From positions 77,934,001 to 77,998,000 of the forward strand of contig OX597830.1 in NCBI GenBank assembly GCA_951406725.2: a DNA stretch of 64,000 nucleotides, in the 5' to 3' direction. Source of the stretch: Octopus vulgaris. Taxonomy: Eukaryota. The translations under genes and the position numbers were made by a program. The notes below the pieces were generated by a model. It ran no database searches and was not told where the DNA came from. It worked only from the letters and a program-made list of their open reading frames with translations. Positions 12,777-26,910 of the stretch are shown piece by piece (position 1 is the stretch's first letter; every line of letters begins with the position of its first letter).

Positions 12777-12805
12777 TTTATATGTATTTATCATATTAAA
12801 ACTAC

Positions 12806-12840
<35 letters not shown>

Positions 12841-13318
12841 ATTTTTGGTTCAAAAAGCAAAAGGCAAGGCCATGTAGGGGGACATGGAGTTAAGTACAAG
12901 GTGGTGTTCATGTAAAGAGTTCAGGCCACTTGAGGTCAAGGGAGACTTTGAACAAAGCGGTCGTCGGCATCTTCACCATCTCGTCTGGCAGCTTGTTCCA
13001 CAGATCCGCAATCCGGACGGAGAAAGCTCCTCTCCTTCGATTGAAATGAAATCGTCGCAGGTAGAGCTTTTCGGAATGACCCCGCAGCCGACGCTCTGGA
13101 GCAGGAGTGAAGAACAGCTCTTTCGAGAGGTTACACTTTCCGCTTATGATGTTGTGAGCGAGAATGAGATCACCACGGCGGCGGCGTTTTTCTAGAGAAT
13201 AAAGGTCGAGCGTCTTCAGCCTTTCTTCATAAGACAAATTCTTGAGACCATGAACCATGCGGGTAGCCAGCTTCTGGACTCTTTCGAGATGCTGTATGTC
13301 TTTGAGGAGATAAGGATA
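12806..13318 (-). mobile_element. CR1-like LINE 3' fragment with (TAAC)n tail
   Basis: PYLLKDIQHLERVQKLATRMVHGLKNLSYEERLKTLDLYSLEKRRRRGDLI...LRGHS..L...FS.R..DLWNKLP, the typical CR1 ORF2 C-terminus; (tagt)n at 12806-12840. Confidence 0.88.
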
Positions 13319-13427
13319 AATGTATTAGAAATGTATTAGAAATGTATTAGCTATGATCCTTTGATTAATGAAAGTCTTGGAATATTTTCTATCTAAATCG
13401 AACTGAGTTAGGTGGTATATGGATATT

Positions 13428-13458
<31 letters not shown>

Positions 13459-14503
13459 CCTTTCTCTCTATCTTTCTCTGTCTCCTCTCCCTCTTGCCAT
13501 CTCTCTTCCTCTCTCTCACATATACATATATGTAAACACACATACACAGACTTCGTTCGTAATAGTTACCCGGTCATTTCATTTAAAACATTATTGTGTT
13601 TCCTTGGCACGCACTCTGTCACTTTCACTTATTTTCCTTGTCACTCATTCTTTCTTTCTTTCTTTCTTTCTATCCTTCTTTAATCTCCCCTTCCTCCATC
13701 TTTCTCTCTCTCTCTCCCCTTCTTCTCTGTTCCTCCAGCCTCTGTTCAATTATTTTTCATAATAAAATAAGTGATTACAAACTTTTTTTCTCTGTGATAT
13801 TTTGCGAATATTTGTAAAGAATTTCTCTCTATGTCTATCTGTCATCTCACACACAACTGCTTGCAGTTTTCTCATTTCAAGTTTTATTTCGCTATTTGCA
13901 ACGAAGAAATGCAAAATGAATGATGAGTGCGAGAAAACGACATCTAAAACTAAGTTATTTCATTGCCTACACAGGTGAACACACACATATATATATATAT
14001 ACATACACACGTGCACACAGATATATTTATACATATGTATTTATCTTAATATATGAGTGTATATATATATATCAAATAATAAATAAAATACATGCATATA
14101 TACATACATATATGTACATACCTACATCTATATGTATATATACATGCATATATGGGTACAGGACACCAAAAAAAAAAAAAACGCAGAACACGATTGAGAA
14201 ACGAAAACATAAAAAAACAAAACATGGAAACGGACTTTTTTCAAACAACGAACAAAAAAGAGTACAAGACAAACGACACAAGGAATATTCCCCTTCTTCA
14301 GCTCCTCCAGTTTCAGCTACTCCGTGTTTCGAAGGTAAGGGCAAAACACAACTTCGTTGAAACAGTCCTTCCCGCAAAGCAAATTCAATAAAATTTGGAG
14401 TTTTTGCGCAGGGGTAAAAGTGGTAACAAAAACAGGAGAGTAAAAACAATACAAATAAAAACAGTAAAAGACAGGACAAGGAGAATAACACAGCAAAAAC
14501 AAA

Positions 14504-14567
<64 letters not shown>

Positions 14568-14579
14568 CGTACATCAGTA

Positions 14580-15013
14580 TACTCTTTACTCTCTGTTACT
14601 CTTTTACTTGTTTCAGTCATTTGACTGCGGTCATGCTGGAGCACCGCCTTTAGTCGAGCAAATCGACCCCAGGACTTATTCTTTGTAAGCCTAGTACTTA
14701 TTTTGTCGGGCTCTTTTGCCGAACCGCTAAGTTACGGGGATGTATACACACCAGCATCGGTTATGAAGCGATGTTGGGGGGGGGGGCAAACACAAACACA
14801 TATATACACAAACATATATACACACACACACACATCTATATATGCATATATACGACGGGCTTCTTTCAATTTCCGTCTACCAAATCCACTCACAAGGCTT
14901 TGGTCGGCCCGAGGCTATAGTAGAAGACACTTGCCCAAGGTGCCACGCAAGGTTCCGGGAATGAACCCGGAACCATGTGATTCGTAAGCAAGCTACTTAC
15001 CACACAGCCACTC

Positions 15014-15016
<3 letters not shown>
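14580..15016 (-). mobile_element. SINE family E
   Basis: Reverse complement of the family consensus seen at 3090 and 63242. Confidence 0.88.
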
Positions 15017-15088
<72 letters not shown>

Positions 15089-15143
15089 TACAAATATGTG
15101 TGTGTTCGAAAAAATGCACATCGCAGCGTTGATGTGCAAGCAA

Positions 15144-15197
<54 letters not shown>

Positions 15198-15681
15198 CTT
15201 ATTCACTCAGCCTGTTAGAAAACCACCCGGAGGGAAGCGTTTCTATTAATATTTAAAATAAGATTTTAACCAGAGATTTCTAAAGCTACATATTATTTGA
15301 GGACTACAGTCAGTGCACCAAGAACAGAAATAAATCTGGCTGAACACATGAACGTGAGAAAGATAAAAAAAGTATAGCAAAAATAAATGTAATTTCAAAA
15401 TAAGATATATATAAAGATATGAAGGAAAAATGTTATGGAAAAACATACTTAAGATTTGTGTTCAGATATACTTAATAACCGATAAGATTGTGTAGTCTTG
15501 CTATTCATGGTATTGTACACAAATAAACACGCATGCCGACACACACGCACACACACGTACACAGGCATGCACACATACACACAAACACAGATACACACAA
15601 ACGCGGATAGACACGCATATGTACATACAGTCATATGTATATATGTATGCGTATGCGTTTGTGCATGTGTGTATAGATAGA

Positions 15682-15912
15682 AAGGCGGCGAGCTGACAGA
15701 AACGTTAGCACGCCGGGCGAAATGCATAGCCGTATTTCGTCTGCCGTTACGTTCTGAGTTCAAATTCCGCCGAGGTCGACTTTGCCTTTCATCCTTTCTG
15801 GGTCGATAAATAAAGTACCAGTTTCGCACTGGGGTCTATGTAATCGACTTTATCCCTTTGTCTGTCCTTGTTTGCCCCCTCTATGTTTAGCCCCTTGTGG
15901 GTAGTAAAGAAA
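15682..15912 (+). mobile_element. SINE family D monomer
   Basis: Head ggcggcgagctgacagaaacgttagcacg through tail aaagaaat; flanked by tgtgtatagatag on both sides. Confidence 0.88.
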
Positions 15913-15917
15913 TGTGT

Positions 15918-16004
<87 letters not shown>

Positions 16005-16011
16005 GATAGAT

Positions 16012-16056
<45 letters not shown>

Positions 16057-16177
16057 TAGATAGATAGATAGATGGATACATACATGCACATATACACACG
16101 CAAATTATATTTATTCAAATGTATGTGTGTGTGTGTGTGTGTGTGTGAATGTGCATATTCCTTTATTCCCTTAGACT

Positions 16178-16400
16178 TTTATTCTCTCATTCTTTTACTT
16201 GTTTCAGTCATTTGGCTGCGACCATGCTGGATTACCGTCTTTTAGTCGAGCAAGTCAATCTCAGGACTTATTTTTCGTTTTTTTGAAACTAGTATTCATT
16301 TTATGGTTCTCTTTTTTCCGAACCGCTAGCTTACGGGACCATAAACACACCAACACCGGTTGTCAAGCAGTGATGGGTGACAAACAAAAAGACGCTTACT

Positions 16401-16468
<68 letters not shown>

Positions 16469-16630
16469 CGACGGGTTTCTTTCAGTTTCCATCTGTCTAA
16501 TCCACACACAAGGCTTTGGTCGACCCGAGGCTACAGTAGAAGACACTTCCCCAAAGTGCCACGTAGTAGGGCTGAACCCGGAACCAGGTGGCTGGGAAGC
16601 AAGCTCTTACCACACAGCCACGCTTGTGCC
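16178..16630 (-). mobile_element. SINE family E (diverged)
   Basis: Similar to other family E copies along its full length. Confidence 0.82.
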
Positions 16631-16752
16631 TAAATTTTAGAACTGTGCATTGACCAGGAAGCATATGTATATATATATATTTATGTAAAGTAATGTTTAT
16701 GAGTATATATATATATATATATATATGTATACAGATATACATTTATATATAC

Positions 16753-16787
<35 letters not shown>

Positions 16788-17350
16788 CATATATAGGTAC
16801 AGGACGTCACCAACAGTAAACAACATGAAATACGAAAACAAATGAGTTAAATACCTGAATAACGAGAGAAAAAAAGGACAAGTAATACAAAGAATGACCC
16901 TTCATCAGCTGTCGGCTGTCTATCTACTCTCCATTTCGAGACGACTTTGGAATCTCCTGCGACTCTTATGGACGCTCTCCATATTCAAGTTGGTGAATAA
17001 CGGACAGGACACTTCATAAAAAGAACAAGAAGGCATCTTCAAAGACAAATCTTTCGAGATTATTGTATGGAACTTGGCAAACAATTCCTCAAAAGAATAT
17101 TTCTCATCTGATCAATAACATACCTAATAGAGTCCTTGCATTGAAAAATGTAAAGGGCTTGTCTACTAAAGATTAGATATTCACGTTTCAATAATCAATA
17201 AATAATTTGAATCTATATTTCAGATTTAAATAACTTTTAACGATTATAAATGCGTCTATTCACTTCTGTCATGTCTGTGTATATTCAAACGCTCACAGCT
17301 CATATTATTTGTATTAGAACATTCTGTATGTAATATGAGGTAAAAGAACT

Positions 17351-17585
17351 AAGGCGGCAAGCTGGCAGAATCGTTAGGACGCCGCGAAAAAAATGGTTAG
17401 CAGCATTTCGTTGTTCTTTACGTTCTGAGTTCAAATTCCACCGAGATCAACTTTGCCTTTCATCTCTTCGGGTTTGATAAGATAAGTACCAGTTGAGCTG
17501 TGAGATCGATGCAATCGACTAGCCCCCACCTCCACCTACCCACCTCTCCAGAAATTGCTAACCTTCAGTCAAAATTTGAAACCAC
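17351..17585 (+). mobile_element. SINE family D (older subfamily)
   Basis: aaggcggcaagctggcagaatcgttagg...ctttgcctttcatc...aagtaccag. Confidence 0.78.
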
Positions 17586-17823
17586 TATGAATAAAAGATA
17601 TTCAGGCGTATCGGCTATGAAAACAAGATTCAGTCAAACCGAAAGCTACGGCGATGATGTTCTAGAAAAAGTTAGCTTGGCACATAAGGTGAAAGTATTG
17701 ACCACCAATAATAGATATTTAAGCAGTAATATAATCATCTTACGTACGTTTCATTTACAGTTGCGAGCCATCTTCACGATGGTGACTACTGTCATTTTTT
17801 CAACTTAGTAATAATAAGTATAA

Positions 17824-18130
17824 TGGAAGCACATGGCCTAGTGGTTAGAGCAGCGGACTCGCGGTCGAGGGATCACGGGTTCGAATCTCAGACCGGGCGA
17901 TGTGTGTGTTTATGAGCGAAACACCTAAGCTCCACGCGGCTCCGGCAGAAGGTAATGGCGAAACTTCTGCTGACTCTTTCGCCACAACTTTCTCTCACTC
18001 TTTCCGCCTGCATCTTGCAGCTCACCTCCGACGGACCGGCGTCCCGTCCAGGTGGGGAACCTATACGCCAAGGAAACCGGGTAACCGGCCCTTATGAGCC
18101 AGGCATGACTTCGAGAAGGGACAAACAACA
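17824..18130 (+). mobile_element. tRNA-derived SINE, head type A with tail type C
   Basis: Head tggcctagtggttagagcagcggactcgcg...gggttcgaatc and shared core to ~18000, then a distinct tail gtcccgtccaggtgggg...ggcccttatgagccaggcatgac. Confidence 0.85.
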
Positions 18131-18866
18131 GTAATACGTATAACAGTTTTGCTTTGTTTTATATACGTGTGTGTGTGTGTGTATATGTGTGTTTGTGTTC
18201 ATGTGTGCATGTATGTATGTGCGTGATGTGCCAAAAGTCAGAGAGGAGTCTAAAATTTTCTAATTACATTCTTTCTTAATTTTTGTATTTTTCTTCACAG
18301 ATTGTATAAAAACCAGCTTGGAAATTAATCATGGAAAAGATCATGATTGAACAGCAAACAAATTAAATTTTACTACCAGATTCAAAGATCAATAATTTTG
18401 GCCCAACGAACATATAGTCACCATAACGGCGTGATAGATTCTCCAAAGGACGTTTGATTCGTCATTTTGAGAAACAGGGCTTTCGAACGTGTAAAAGGAA
18501 GTGTAAACGAGGACTCGGGCACATGAACTCAAAGGTAGTCTGAACAGAATGAAACCTCTCAGATGTCGTTCTGGAATATTCATTTTTCCATATAAAATGT
18601 AGTTGGTGCAACAGCTGAAGTTACCAGGTTATGCCCTTAGGCCGCAATAGGAAATCAGATATCAAGAATTAGTAAGGAGTGGTCCAGAATTTGTTAATAG
18701 ACTTTATTAACAAACAAAACTGAAGGATTTGGCGTTTGAAAAATCCTAGAGCAACTCAATAAAGGAAAGTGCACCCCATTAAATACACGGTTTAGCATGG
18801 GGTGACACTGCGCTGAGAACCCTATCACTGTTACAGGAGATGAATATCATTTATGTTTACTTTTTT

Positions 18867-19072
18867 ACTCTTTCACTTGTTTCAGTCATTTGAGTGCGGC
18901 CATGCTGGAGCACCGCCTTTTTTTAGTCGAGCAAATCGACCCCAGGACTTATTCCTTGTAAGCCTAGTACTTATTCTGTCGGTCTCTTTTGCCGCACTGC
19001 TAAGTTACGGGGACGTAAACACACCAGCATCGGTTGTCAAGCGATGTTGGGAGAACAAACACAGACACACAA

Positions 19073-19141
<69 letters not shown>

Positions 19142-19316
19142 CACATATATACGACAGGCTTCTTTCAGTTTACGTCTACCAAATCGACTCACATGGCTTT
19201 GGTCGGCCCAGGGCTTATAGTAGAAGACACTTGCCCAAGGTGCCACGCAGTGGGTCTGAACCCGGAACCATGTGGTTGGTAAGCAAGCTACTTACCACAC
19301 AGCCACTCCTACGCCT
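18867..19316 (-). mobile_element. SINE family E
   Basis: Full-length reverse-complement copy. Confidence 0.88.
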
Positions 19317-19809
19317 ATGAAAATTTCTTGCTTCCAACCGTTCCAACCACATGAAGTGTGGCTACAACAGGAAGAAGTGACAACTCATTCTGCAATCTAA
19401 CTGCTCAGCTTAATTTTTGAGGGAATAATAATAATTTTCCTACGGTTTCCTTATAATTTGGCTACAATATTTTCCTCACCAGAAAACTCCGAATTTCTGC
19501 CGAGAGAGCAATCTCAAAGAAAACATTTGTTAACACACCCCAGATACTTTAACAATTGGAGAACAATATTTGGGCCCAAACCAAAGTACTGTAGCCTGAA
19601 ATGCAAAGAGGTGTCATGGTAAACCCCCTACAAAGGACACGTATATGCGAAGCAGAAAACGGCGTCAACTATGAGATATAACTTTTCATAAAAATCTTTT
19701 TTTCAGTCCTTCGACTGCAGCTACGCTGCAGCCTCACCTTCAAGGGTTTAGTCGAAATTTTTACATTTCTCAAGCCTGGTACTTACTCTAGTAGGGCAGG
19801 CAGCTTCAG

Positions 19810-20353
19810 GAAAAAGGGCTAAGTCGATTACATCGACCTCAGTTTCTCAACTGGTACTTATTTTATCGACCTCGAAAGGATAAAAGGCAAAGTCGACCTC
19901 GGCGGAATTTGAACTCAGAACGTAACGGCAAATGAAATACCTATTTCTTTACTACCAACAAGGGGCTAAACACAGAGAGGACAAACAAGGAAAGACAAAC
20001 GGATTAAGTCGATTGTATCGACCTCAGTGCGTAACTGGTACATAATTTATCGACCCCGAAAGGATGAAAGGCAAAGTCGACTTCGGCGGAATTTGAACTC
20101 AGAACGTAACGGCAGATGAAATACCTATTTCTTTACTACCAACAAGTGCTAAACACAGAGAGGACAAAAAAGGACAGACAAACGAATCAAGTCGATTATA
20201 TCGACCCCAGTGCGTAACTGGTACTTAATTTATCGACCCCGAATGGATGAAAGGCAAAGTGGACCTCGGCGAATTTGAACTCAGAAGGTTAAGGCGGACG
20301 AAATGCTGCTAAGCATTTTGCCCGGCGTGCTAACGATTCTGCTAGTTCGCACC
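19810..20353 (-). mobile_element. SINE family D trimer
   Basis: Three tandem ~180-bp bodies (atcgacc..gaaaggat.aaaggcaaagt.gac at ~19865, ~20049, ~20232) with a single head. Confidence 0.85.
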
Positions 20354-20608
20354 CCTAAGGGGTTATTAAATATTGACAGCTCATCGTAAATTTTGAACAA
20401 CTCTGTATGTATTTATGTATAGAAGACATCACGTAGCGACTCGAACCACGAATTTGCTGCTTGGCCGAAATGGTGCTGCGATTGTTCCGATTGGATTCTG
20501 AACGTGTATCGACATTATCCATCCACCCATACACACATACATATATACATGCAGGTGTGTGTATGTGTGTGTGTCTGCATGTGTGCGCGTGTGTGTGTAG
20601 ACATCGCT

Positions 20609-20750
<142 letters not shown>

Positions 20751-20934
20751 TATTTATATTATATATATGTATGTATATATATATATATTTATATATATAT
20801 CCAGAGAGAGAGAGAGAGAGAGAGAGCATACATACATGCATATATGTATAAGTGTGTATGTACATATATACACACACATGTAGGCATATATATGTGTATA
20901 CGTATATACATACATATATATATTATTTATATTA

Positions 20935-21001
<67 letters not shown>

Positions 21002-21125
21002 CAGAGATAGAGAGTCATACATATATATGTGTGTGTGTGTGTACATATATGCACACACATATATGCATATATATGTTTATGTGTATACGTATATGCATAC
21101 ATATGTGTATCTATGTATATATGGT

Positions 21126-21159
<34 letters not shown>

Positions 21160-21179
21160 CAAGCATACATGCGTACGTA

Positions 21180-21210
<31 letters not shown>

Positions 21211-21318
21211 CTACAAGCATGCAAACACATACACACGTATGTATAAATGCACATACACACATATGCATAAATATACGAATATGTGTGTGGGTAAGAATAT
21301 GTGTGCATGTGTTAGTTC

Positions 21319-21362
<44 letters not shown>

Positions 21363-22028
21363 GTGTGTGTTTCTGTCTGTCTGTCTATGTGTATGCATGT
21401 GCGTACGCTGTACAAAAATCTCATTAGACGAGGCCTACCACTCACTACCACATTCACTCACTCCCTCATTCACAACCACATCCCGTCGATTCAACCCAGC
21501 TGTGAGCTTATATTGGCTCCCAGTTCATTCAAGCAACTCACAGATTCTTTATATCGCATGAGCGATTTCTTCAAAATATTCCGGACAAACCACCTTTAAC
21601 ACAAACTCTCTGCTAGAATGGTCAGCAGGAATAATAAATTACGGGTATTACACACCCTGATTAAAACGGTGATTATTCCGTTGTTGTTAATGGCTACAGC
21701 TGGTACGTGGGGATAAGATTTATTAATTTGCCCAACGAGACATGACAGCTAAATCTCCCTCACTCATATTATATCGTATCGTATACTACGTTGACGGGTT
21801 ATTGGATTGAATAAAAAAAAAAGGGATATCACATGTTGGTTAATGTAGTTATGGATATACAATGAGGGAAAGCAAACGACGTGTTGGTCACAGTTAGAAT
21901 GCCTTATATTATAAGGTGAGAAGTTCAGGGTTTGCATGAAGGTAAACCACAACCTGTTCGAGGACGTGTATAAGTGTCTTATATATACTTGCCTGTACGT
22001 ATGTATGCATGTGTATATAAATATGTGA

Positions 22029-22112
<84 letters not shown>

Positions 22113-22223
22113 ATATACACATATATATACGTATATATATTCATATATGTGTGTTTGTATTTATATGTAAGCATGTATGTGTGTATATATGTATATATAT
22201 ATATGCATATATATATATATATT

Positions 22224-22254
<31 letters not shown>

Positions 22255-22355
22255 GGTGTCCTGTACTCATATATGCGTGTATATATACATGTAGAGGTAG
22301 GTACGTACATATATGTATATATATATGCATGTTTTATATATTAATATATATATAT

Positions 22356-22643
22356 AAACAATTGCAGCGTGGGAGGTGTTTATAAGCCATTTAAGAAACA
22401 CACAAAAGCCGTTCGATTCACTCCAACATTTAAGTTTAATTTGTCAAAATATTTTCGTCGCTAAAATCCGCGACCTGTTCACTGACAAAGTCCGTGATGC
22501 AGCACGGACTTTGTCAGTGAACAGGTCGCGGATTTTAGCGACGAAAATATTTTGACAAATTAAACTTAAATGTTGGAGTGAATCGAACGGCTTTTGTGTG
22601 TTTCTTAAATGGCTTATAAACACCTCCCACGCTGCAATTGTTT
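22356..22643. repeat. Perfect inverted repeat with 141-bp arms and 6-nt loop (Penelope-like inverted pseudo-LTR)
   Basis: 22356-22496 is the exact reverse complement of 22503-22643; loop atgcag; unique sequence continues to ~22699; (TA)n on both sides. Confidence 0.95.
22510..22559 (+). ncRNA. Minimal type I hammerhead ribozyme, G3:C8 core variant (mirror copy on the - strand at 22440-22489)
   Basis: Stem I tttgtca/tgacaaa; core GUGAACA plus one extra G; stem II gtcgc/gcgac; GAAA; palindromic stem III A-AUAU-U; H17=U. Confidence 0.72.
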
Positions 22644-22697
22644 TCGTTTCAGCACACGATCTCAGATCAAATTACTTGCTATGCGAGTACATCTCCG

Positions 22698-22731
<34 letters not shown>

Positions 22732-22734
22732 CGT

Positions 22735-22957
22735 TGCTCCAGTCTGCTCACCTGGCAAACATGAGTAGCACCTGTATTTCAAAGAGGGACGCCTTGTCAC
22801 ATTCTCTATCACGATGAATGTCCCCGAGAACTATATTAAGGGTACACGTGCTTGCGGAGTACTCAGCCACTCGTTCGTACGTTAATTTCACGAGTAGGTT
22901 GTTTGTTCCATTGATCGGATCAACCGGGAAGCTCGTCGTCGTAAGCGACGGGGTGCC
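22735..22957 (+). mobile_element. Diverged SINE fragment with CORE-like segment and tail type A
   Basis: cgttgctccagtc...cacctgtatttcaaagagg...ccccgagaacta..ttaagggtacacgtg...gtcgtaagcgacgg. Confidence 0.72.
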
Positions 22958-23204
22958 TCGCAGTCGGAATTACGAAAGGCAAAGTTAAGGATCAGATTTG
23001 TAATATAGAGACTAGAGTTTTCATATATTTAGTGCGGCGTGGGTTAGAAGTATTGAAGACAGTCGAATTATTTCGACAAGGGTCCAACGAGGGGAAAGGT
23101 AAATCTCATTTCGATGGGATTTGAACTCCGACAGAGTAATTTACGTCAAGTACTAACAAAGCATTTAGTACTGCACATGTTATTGTTGTTGTTTTTGTTG
23201 CTGC

Positions 23205-23448
23205 TCTTACTCTCTTTACTCTCTTTTACCTGTTTCAGTCATTTGATTGTGGCCATGCTGGAACATCGCCTTTAGTAAAATCGACCCTTTAGCAAATCGA
23301 CCCCAGGACTTATTCTTTGTAAGCCTTATTCTATTATTCTATTGGTCTCTTTTGCCGAACCGCTAAATTACGAGGATGTATACACACCAGCATCGGTTGT
23401 CAAGCGATGCTGGAGGGACAAACACAGACACAGTAACATATGCACACG

Positions 23449-23505
<57 letters not shown>

Positions 23506-23660
23506 TTATATATATATATATATACGACGGGATTCTTTCAGTTTCCGTCTACCAAATTCACTCACAGGGCTTTGGTCGGCCCAAGGCAATAGTAGAAGAC
23601 ACTTGCCCAAGGTGCCACGCAGTGGGACTGAACCCGGAACCATGTGGTTGGTAAGCAAGC
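23205..23660 (-). mobile_element. SINE family E
   Basis: Reverse-complement copy lacking the extreme 5' end. Confidence 0.85.
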
Positions 23661-23744
23661 TTTATGTTGTAACTGCCTTCTGTTTTTTTTTTTGCAGTTG
23701 TCCTGGTTGTTGCTGCTGTCGATGGTTTTATTGTTATTGATGAG

Positions 23745-23900
23745 TTGCTGTTGTTGTTGTTGTTGTTCTTCTTCTTCTTCTTCTTCTCCTTCTCCTTCTC
23801 CTTCTCCTCCTTCTTCTTCTTCTTCTTCTTCTTCTTTTTCTTCTTCTTTTTCTTCTTCTTCTTCTTCTTCTTCTTCTTCTTCTTCTTCTTCTCCACCTCC
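23745..23900. repeat. (TGT)n-(TTC)n trinucleotide microsatellite
   Basis: Seen directly. Confidence 0.95.
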
Positions 23901-24648
23901 TCCACCTTTCTCTTCTTGCTTACCCAACTCAACCCTGACTGAGCAATAAAAGTATTCCAACCGTGACCTTCCCGTCTTATGAGAGATATCCAACACTGCA
24001 TCATCGAATGGACTTTTCTTTTTTCTTTTTTCTTTTTTCTTTTTTCATTTTTCTCAATAGACAGAAGGCTGCAAACATAAGCATGAACGTGTCTGCTATT
24101 TCTAGCAGGTCATACAGACACGTGGAAGCTTCTTCACTGGATTCAACTGAAAAAACGTCCAAATAAATAAACGAAGTAATAAACAGAAAAATGAAAATAC
24201 ATTTTTGAAATTTGTTTAAAAAAATATTAAGAATCGTTTTAACATTCGGTTAGAGAGTATTTTATGGATTCGAAAGTGTTATGTGACAGCTACGTGTGAC
24301 ATATTGCTCTCCCTTGTATCATTTAACGAAGTTGTAACACGCGTGCGCACACGTACATATGTACGGAGAAGCATAAACAGAACACGTGTACACAGATGCA
24401 TGTGTATGCTTCATGTATATGTGTTTGTGTGTGTGTGTGTGTGCGTGTGTGTGTGTGTGAGTGTGTGTGTGTGTGTGTTTATACGTATGTATGTATATGC
24501 ATATATGTGTGTGTGTATGTATGTATATACATATACTTATGAATATATATATACATATATGTTTATACCTACACATATAATATGTGTACATATTATATAT
24601 GTAGATATATGTATCTATATCTATATGTACATATATACATACACACAT

Positions 24649-24681
<33 letters not shown>

Positions 24682-24779
24682 CATATGTATATAGAAACAC
24701 ACGTACGTATATAGTGTCACTCTCGCATAGAAAACAAGTCACATATGCTTGGCTTGTCTAACACGCGCGCACATACACA

Positions 24780-24953
24780 CACACATACATGCATGCATGC
24801 ATACATACATACATACATATTTATATGTGTGTCTGTGTGTGTATGTATGTGTGTACATACATACATACATACATACATACAGACACACATACAAACATAC
24901 ATACATACATACATACATACATACATACATTCATACATACATACATATATACA

Positions 24954-24987
<34 letters not shown>

Positions 24988-25117
24988 CATACATATATAC
25001 ATACATACAGACATACATACAAACATATATACATACATACATACATATATATATACATACATACATACATGCATACATACATACATACAAACATACATAC
25101 ATACATACATGCATGCA

Positions 25118-25153
<36 letters not shown>

Positions 25154-25191
25154 TATACATACATGCATGCATACATACATACATACATACA

Positions 25192-25223
<32 letters not shown>

Positions 25224-25255
25224 AACATACATACATACAGACATACATACAAACA

Positions 25256-25289
<34 letters not shown>

Positions 25290-25313
25290 CATACATACAT
25301 ACATACATGCATG

Positions 25314-25347
<34 letters not shown>

Positions 25348-25469
25348 TATACATACATGCATGCATACATACATACATATATACATACATACAGACATAC
25401 ATACAAACATATATACATACATACATACATATATATATACATACATACATACATACATGCATACATACA

Positions 25470-25503
<34 letters not shown>

Positions 25504-25552
25504 CATACATGCATGCATACATACATGCATACATAGATACATACATACATAC
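24780..25552. repeat. Long (ACAT)n array with higher-order duplicated variant blocks
   Basis: Variant cassettes such as acagacatacatacaaacatatatac recur at ~25007, ~25237 and ~25391. Confidence 0.92.
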
Positions 25553-25867
25553 CTATATATGTGTGTGTGTCAGTGTGTGTATCTGTATGCGTGTGTACGT
25601 ATGCATGTATGTATGTGTGTGTATGTGCGAGCGTGTTACTGAAGGTAAATGCATGAGGCTGTTGTTTTCATACTGATAGTGACATTATACACGTAAGTGT
25701 GTGTGTCTATATACGTATGTATATATAAATATATACATATTTACATATGTATATATTTATATACATGTAAATATATATGCAAATGTAAATATGTATATAC
25801 ATTTGTATGCACTTATATATATATATATACATATATAATGCATATACATATACACATGTAATATGTG

Positions 25868-25911
<44 letters not shown>

Positions 25912-25966
25912 TGTGTATATCTATAAATGTGTACATATTTTTATATGTATTCTAATCTAAATACGT

Positions 25967-26013
<47 letters not shown>

Positions 26014-26325
26014 TATTAGATATATATATATATATTTATACAGATAGATAGAGAGAGAGAAATAAAGAAAGAAAGAGAGAGAGATGCATCAAATCTATTT
26101 GAGATAAAATATGGATGAATTAAAAGAGTTCACTCTTATCAATCCATTCCTTACATTATTGCATGAAAAAATTGAATATTTTCGAAAATTTATAGTCCTT
26201 CCTCGCCATGTAAAGGGAATGAAAAACCATTTCGTTCGGAATATTTCTCTCTTTGTCCATCTCTCTCTCTCTCTCTCTCTCTCTGTACCTCTTTTTATCT
26301 CTCCCTCTCTCTCTCTTTCTTTCTT

Positions 26326-26362
<37 letters not shown>

Positions 26363-26469
26363 CTCTTTTTATCTCTATTACCCTTCCTCCCTCTCTTACT
26401 CTTTCGGTTCTACTCTACGCTTGTTGCACAGGCACGAAACAAATATGTGTGTGTGAGTGTGCGTGTGTG

Positions 26470-26502
<33 letters not shown>

Positions 26503-26577
26503 GTGTGTGTGTGTGTGTTTGTGCGTGTGTGTGTGTGTGTGTGTGTGTTTGTGTGTCTGTGTGTTTGTGTGCGTGTG

Positions 26578-26622
<45 letters not shown>

Positions 26623-26679
26623 ATGTGTGTGTGTGTGTAGATATAGTAAAAGTAAAAGCATAGCAAAGTTACTTTCTGG

Positions 26680-26910
26680 AGTCATGCTGACTCATAAGGG
26701 CCGGTTTTCCGGTTTCCATGGCATATGAATTCTTCACCTGGATGGGACGCAGGGTCGTCGCGGGGTTACTCACTTTTGCCAGCTGGCTGGACTGCAGCAA
26801 CGTGAAATGAAGTGTTTTGTTCAAGAACACAAAACGTCACCCGGTTCAGGAACCGAAACCACAATCTTACTATCGTGAATCCAGTCCACTAACCACTGAG
26901 CCACGCCCCT
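26680..26910 (-). mobile_element. tRNA-derived CORE-like SINE with tail type C
   Basis: Minus strand: gggcgtggctcagtggttag head, cttgaacaaaacacttcatttcacgttgc..cagtccagccagctg CORE-like block, and a tail matching ~18040-18110. Confidence 0.75.

Noticed and set aside
18230-19700. Possible old Tc1/mariner relic on both sides of the SINE at 18867
   Set aside because: Only weak resemblance; I could not verify a catalytic motif or TIR pair by eye.
23558-24004. Poly-K/poly-E/poly-S ORFs (also 49582-50052)
   Set aside because: Pure (TTC)n/(TCA)n expansions with no exon evidence.
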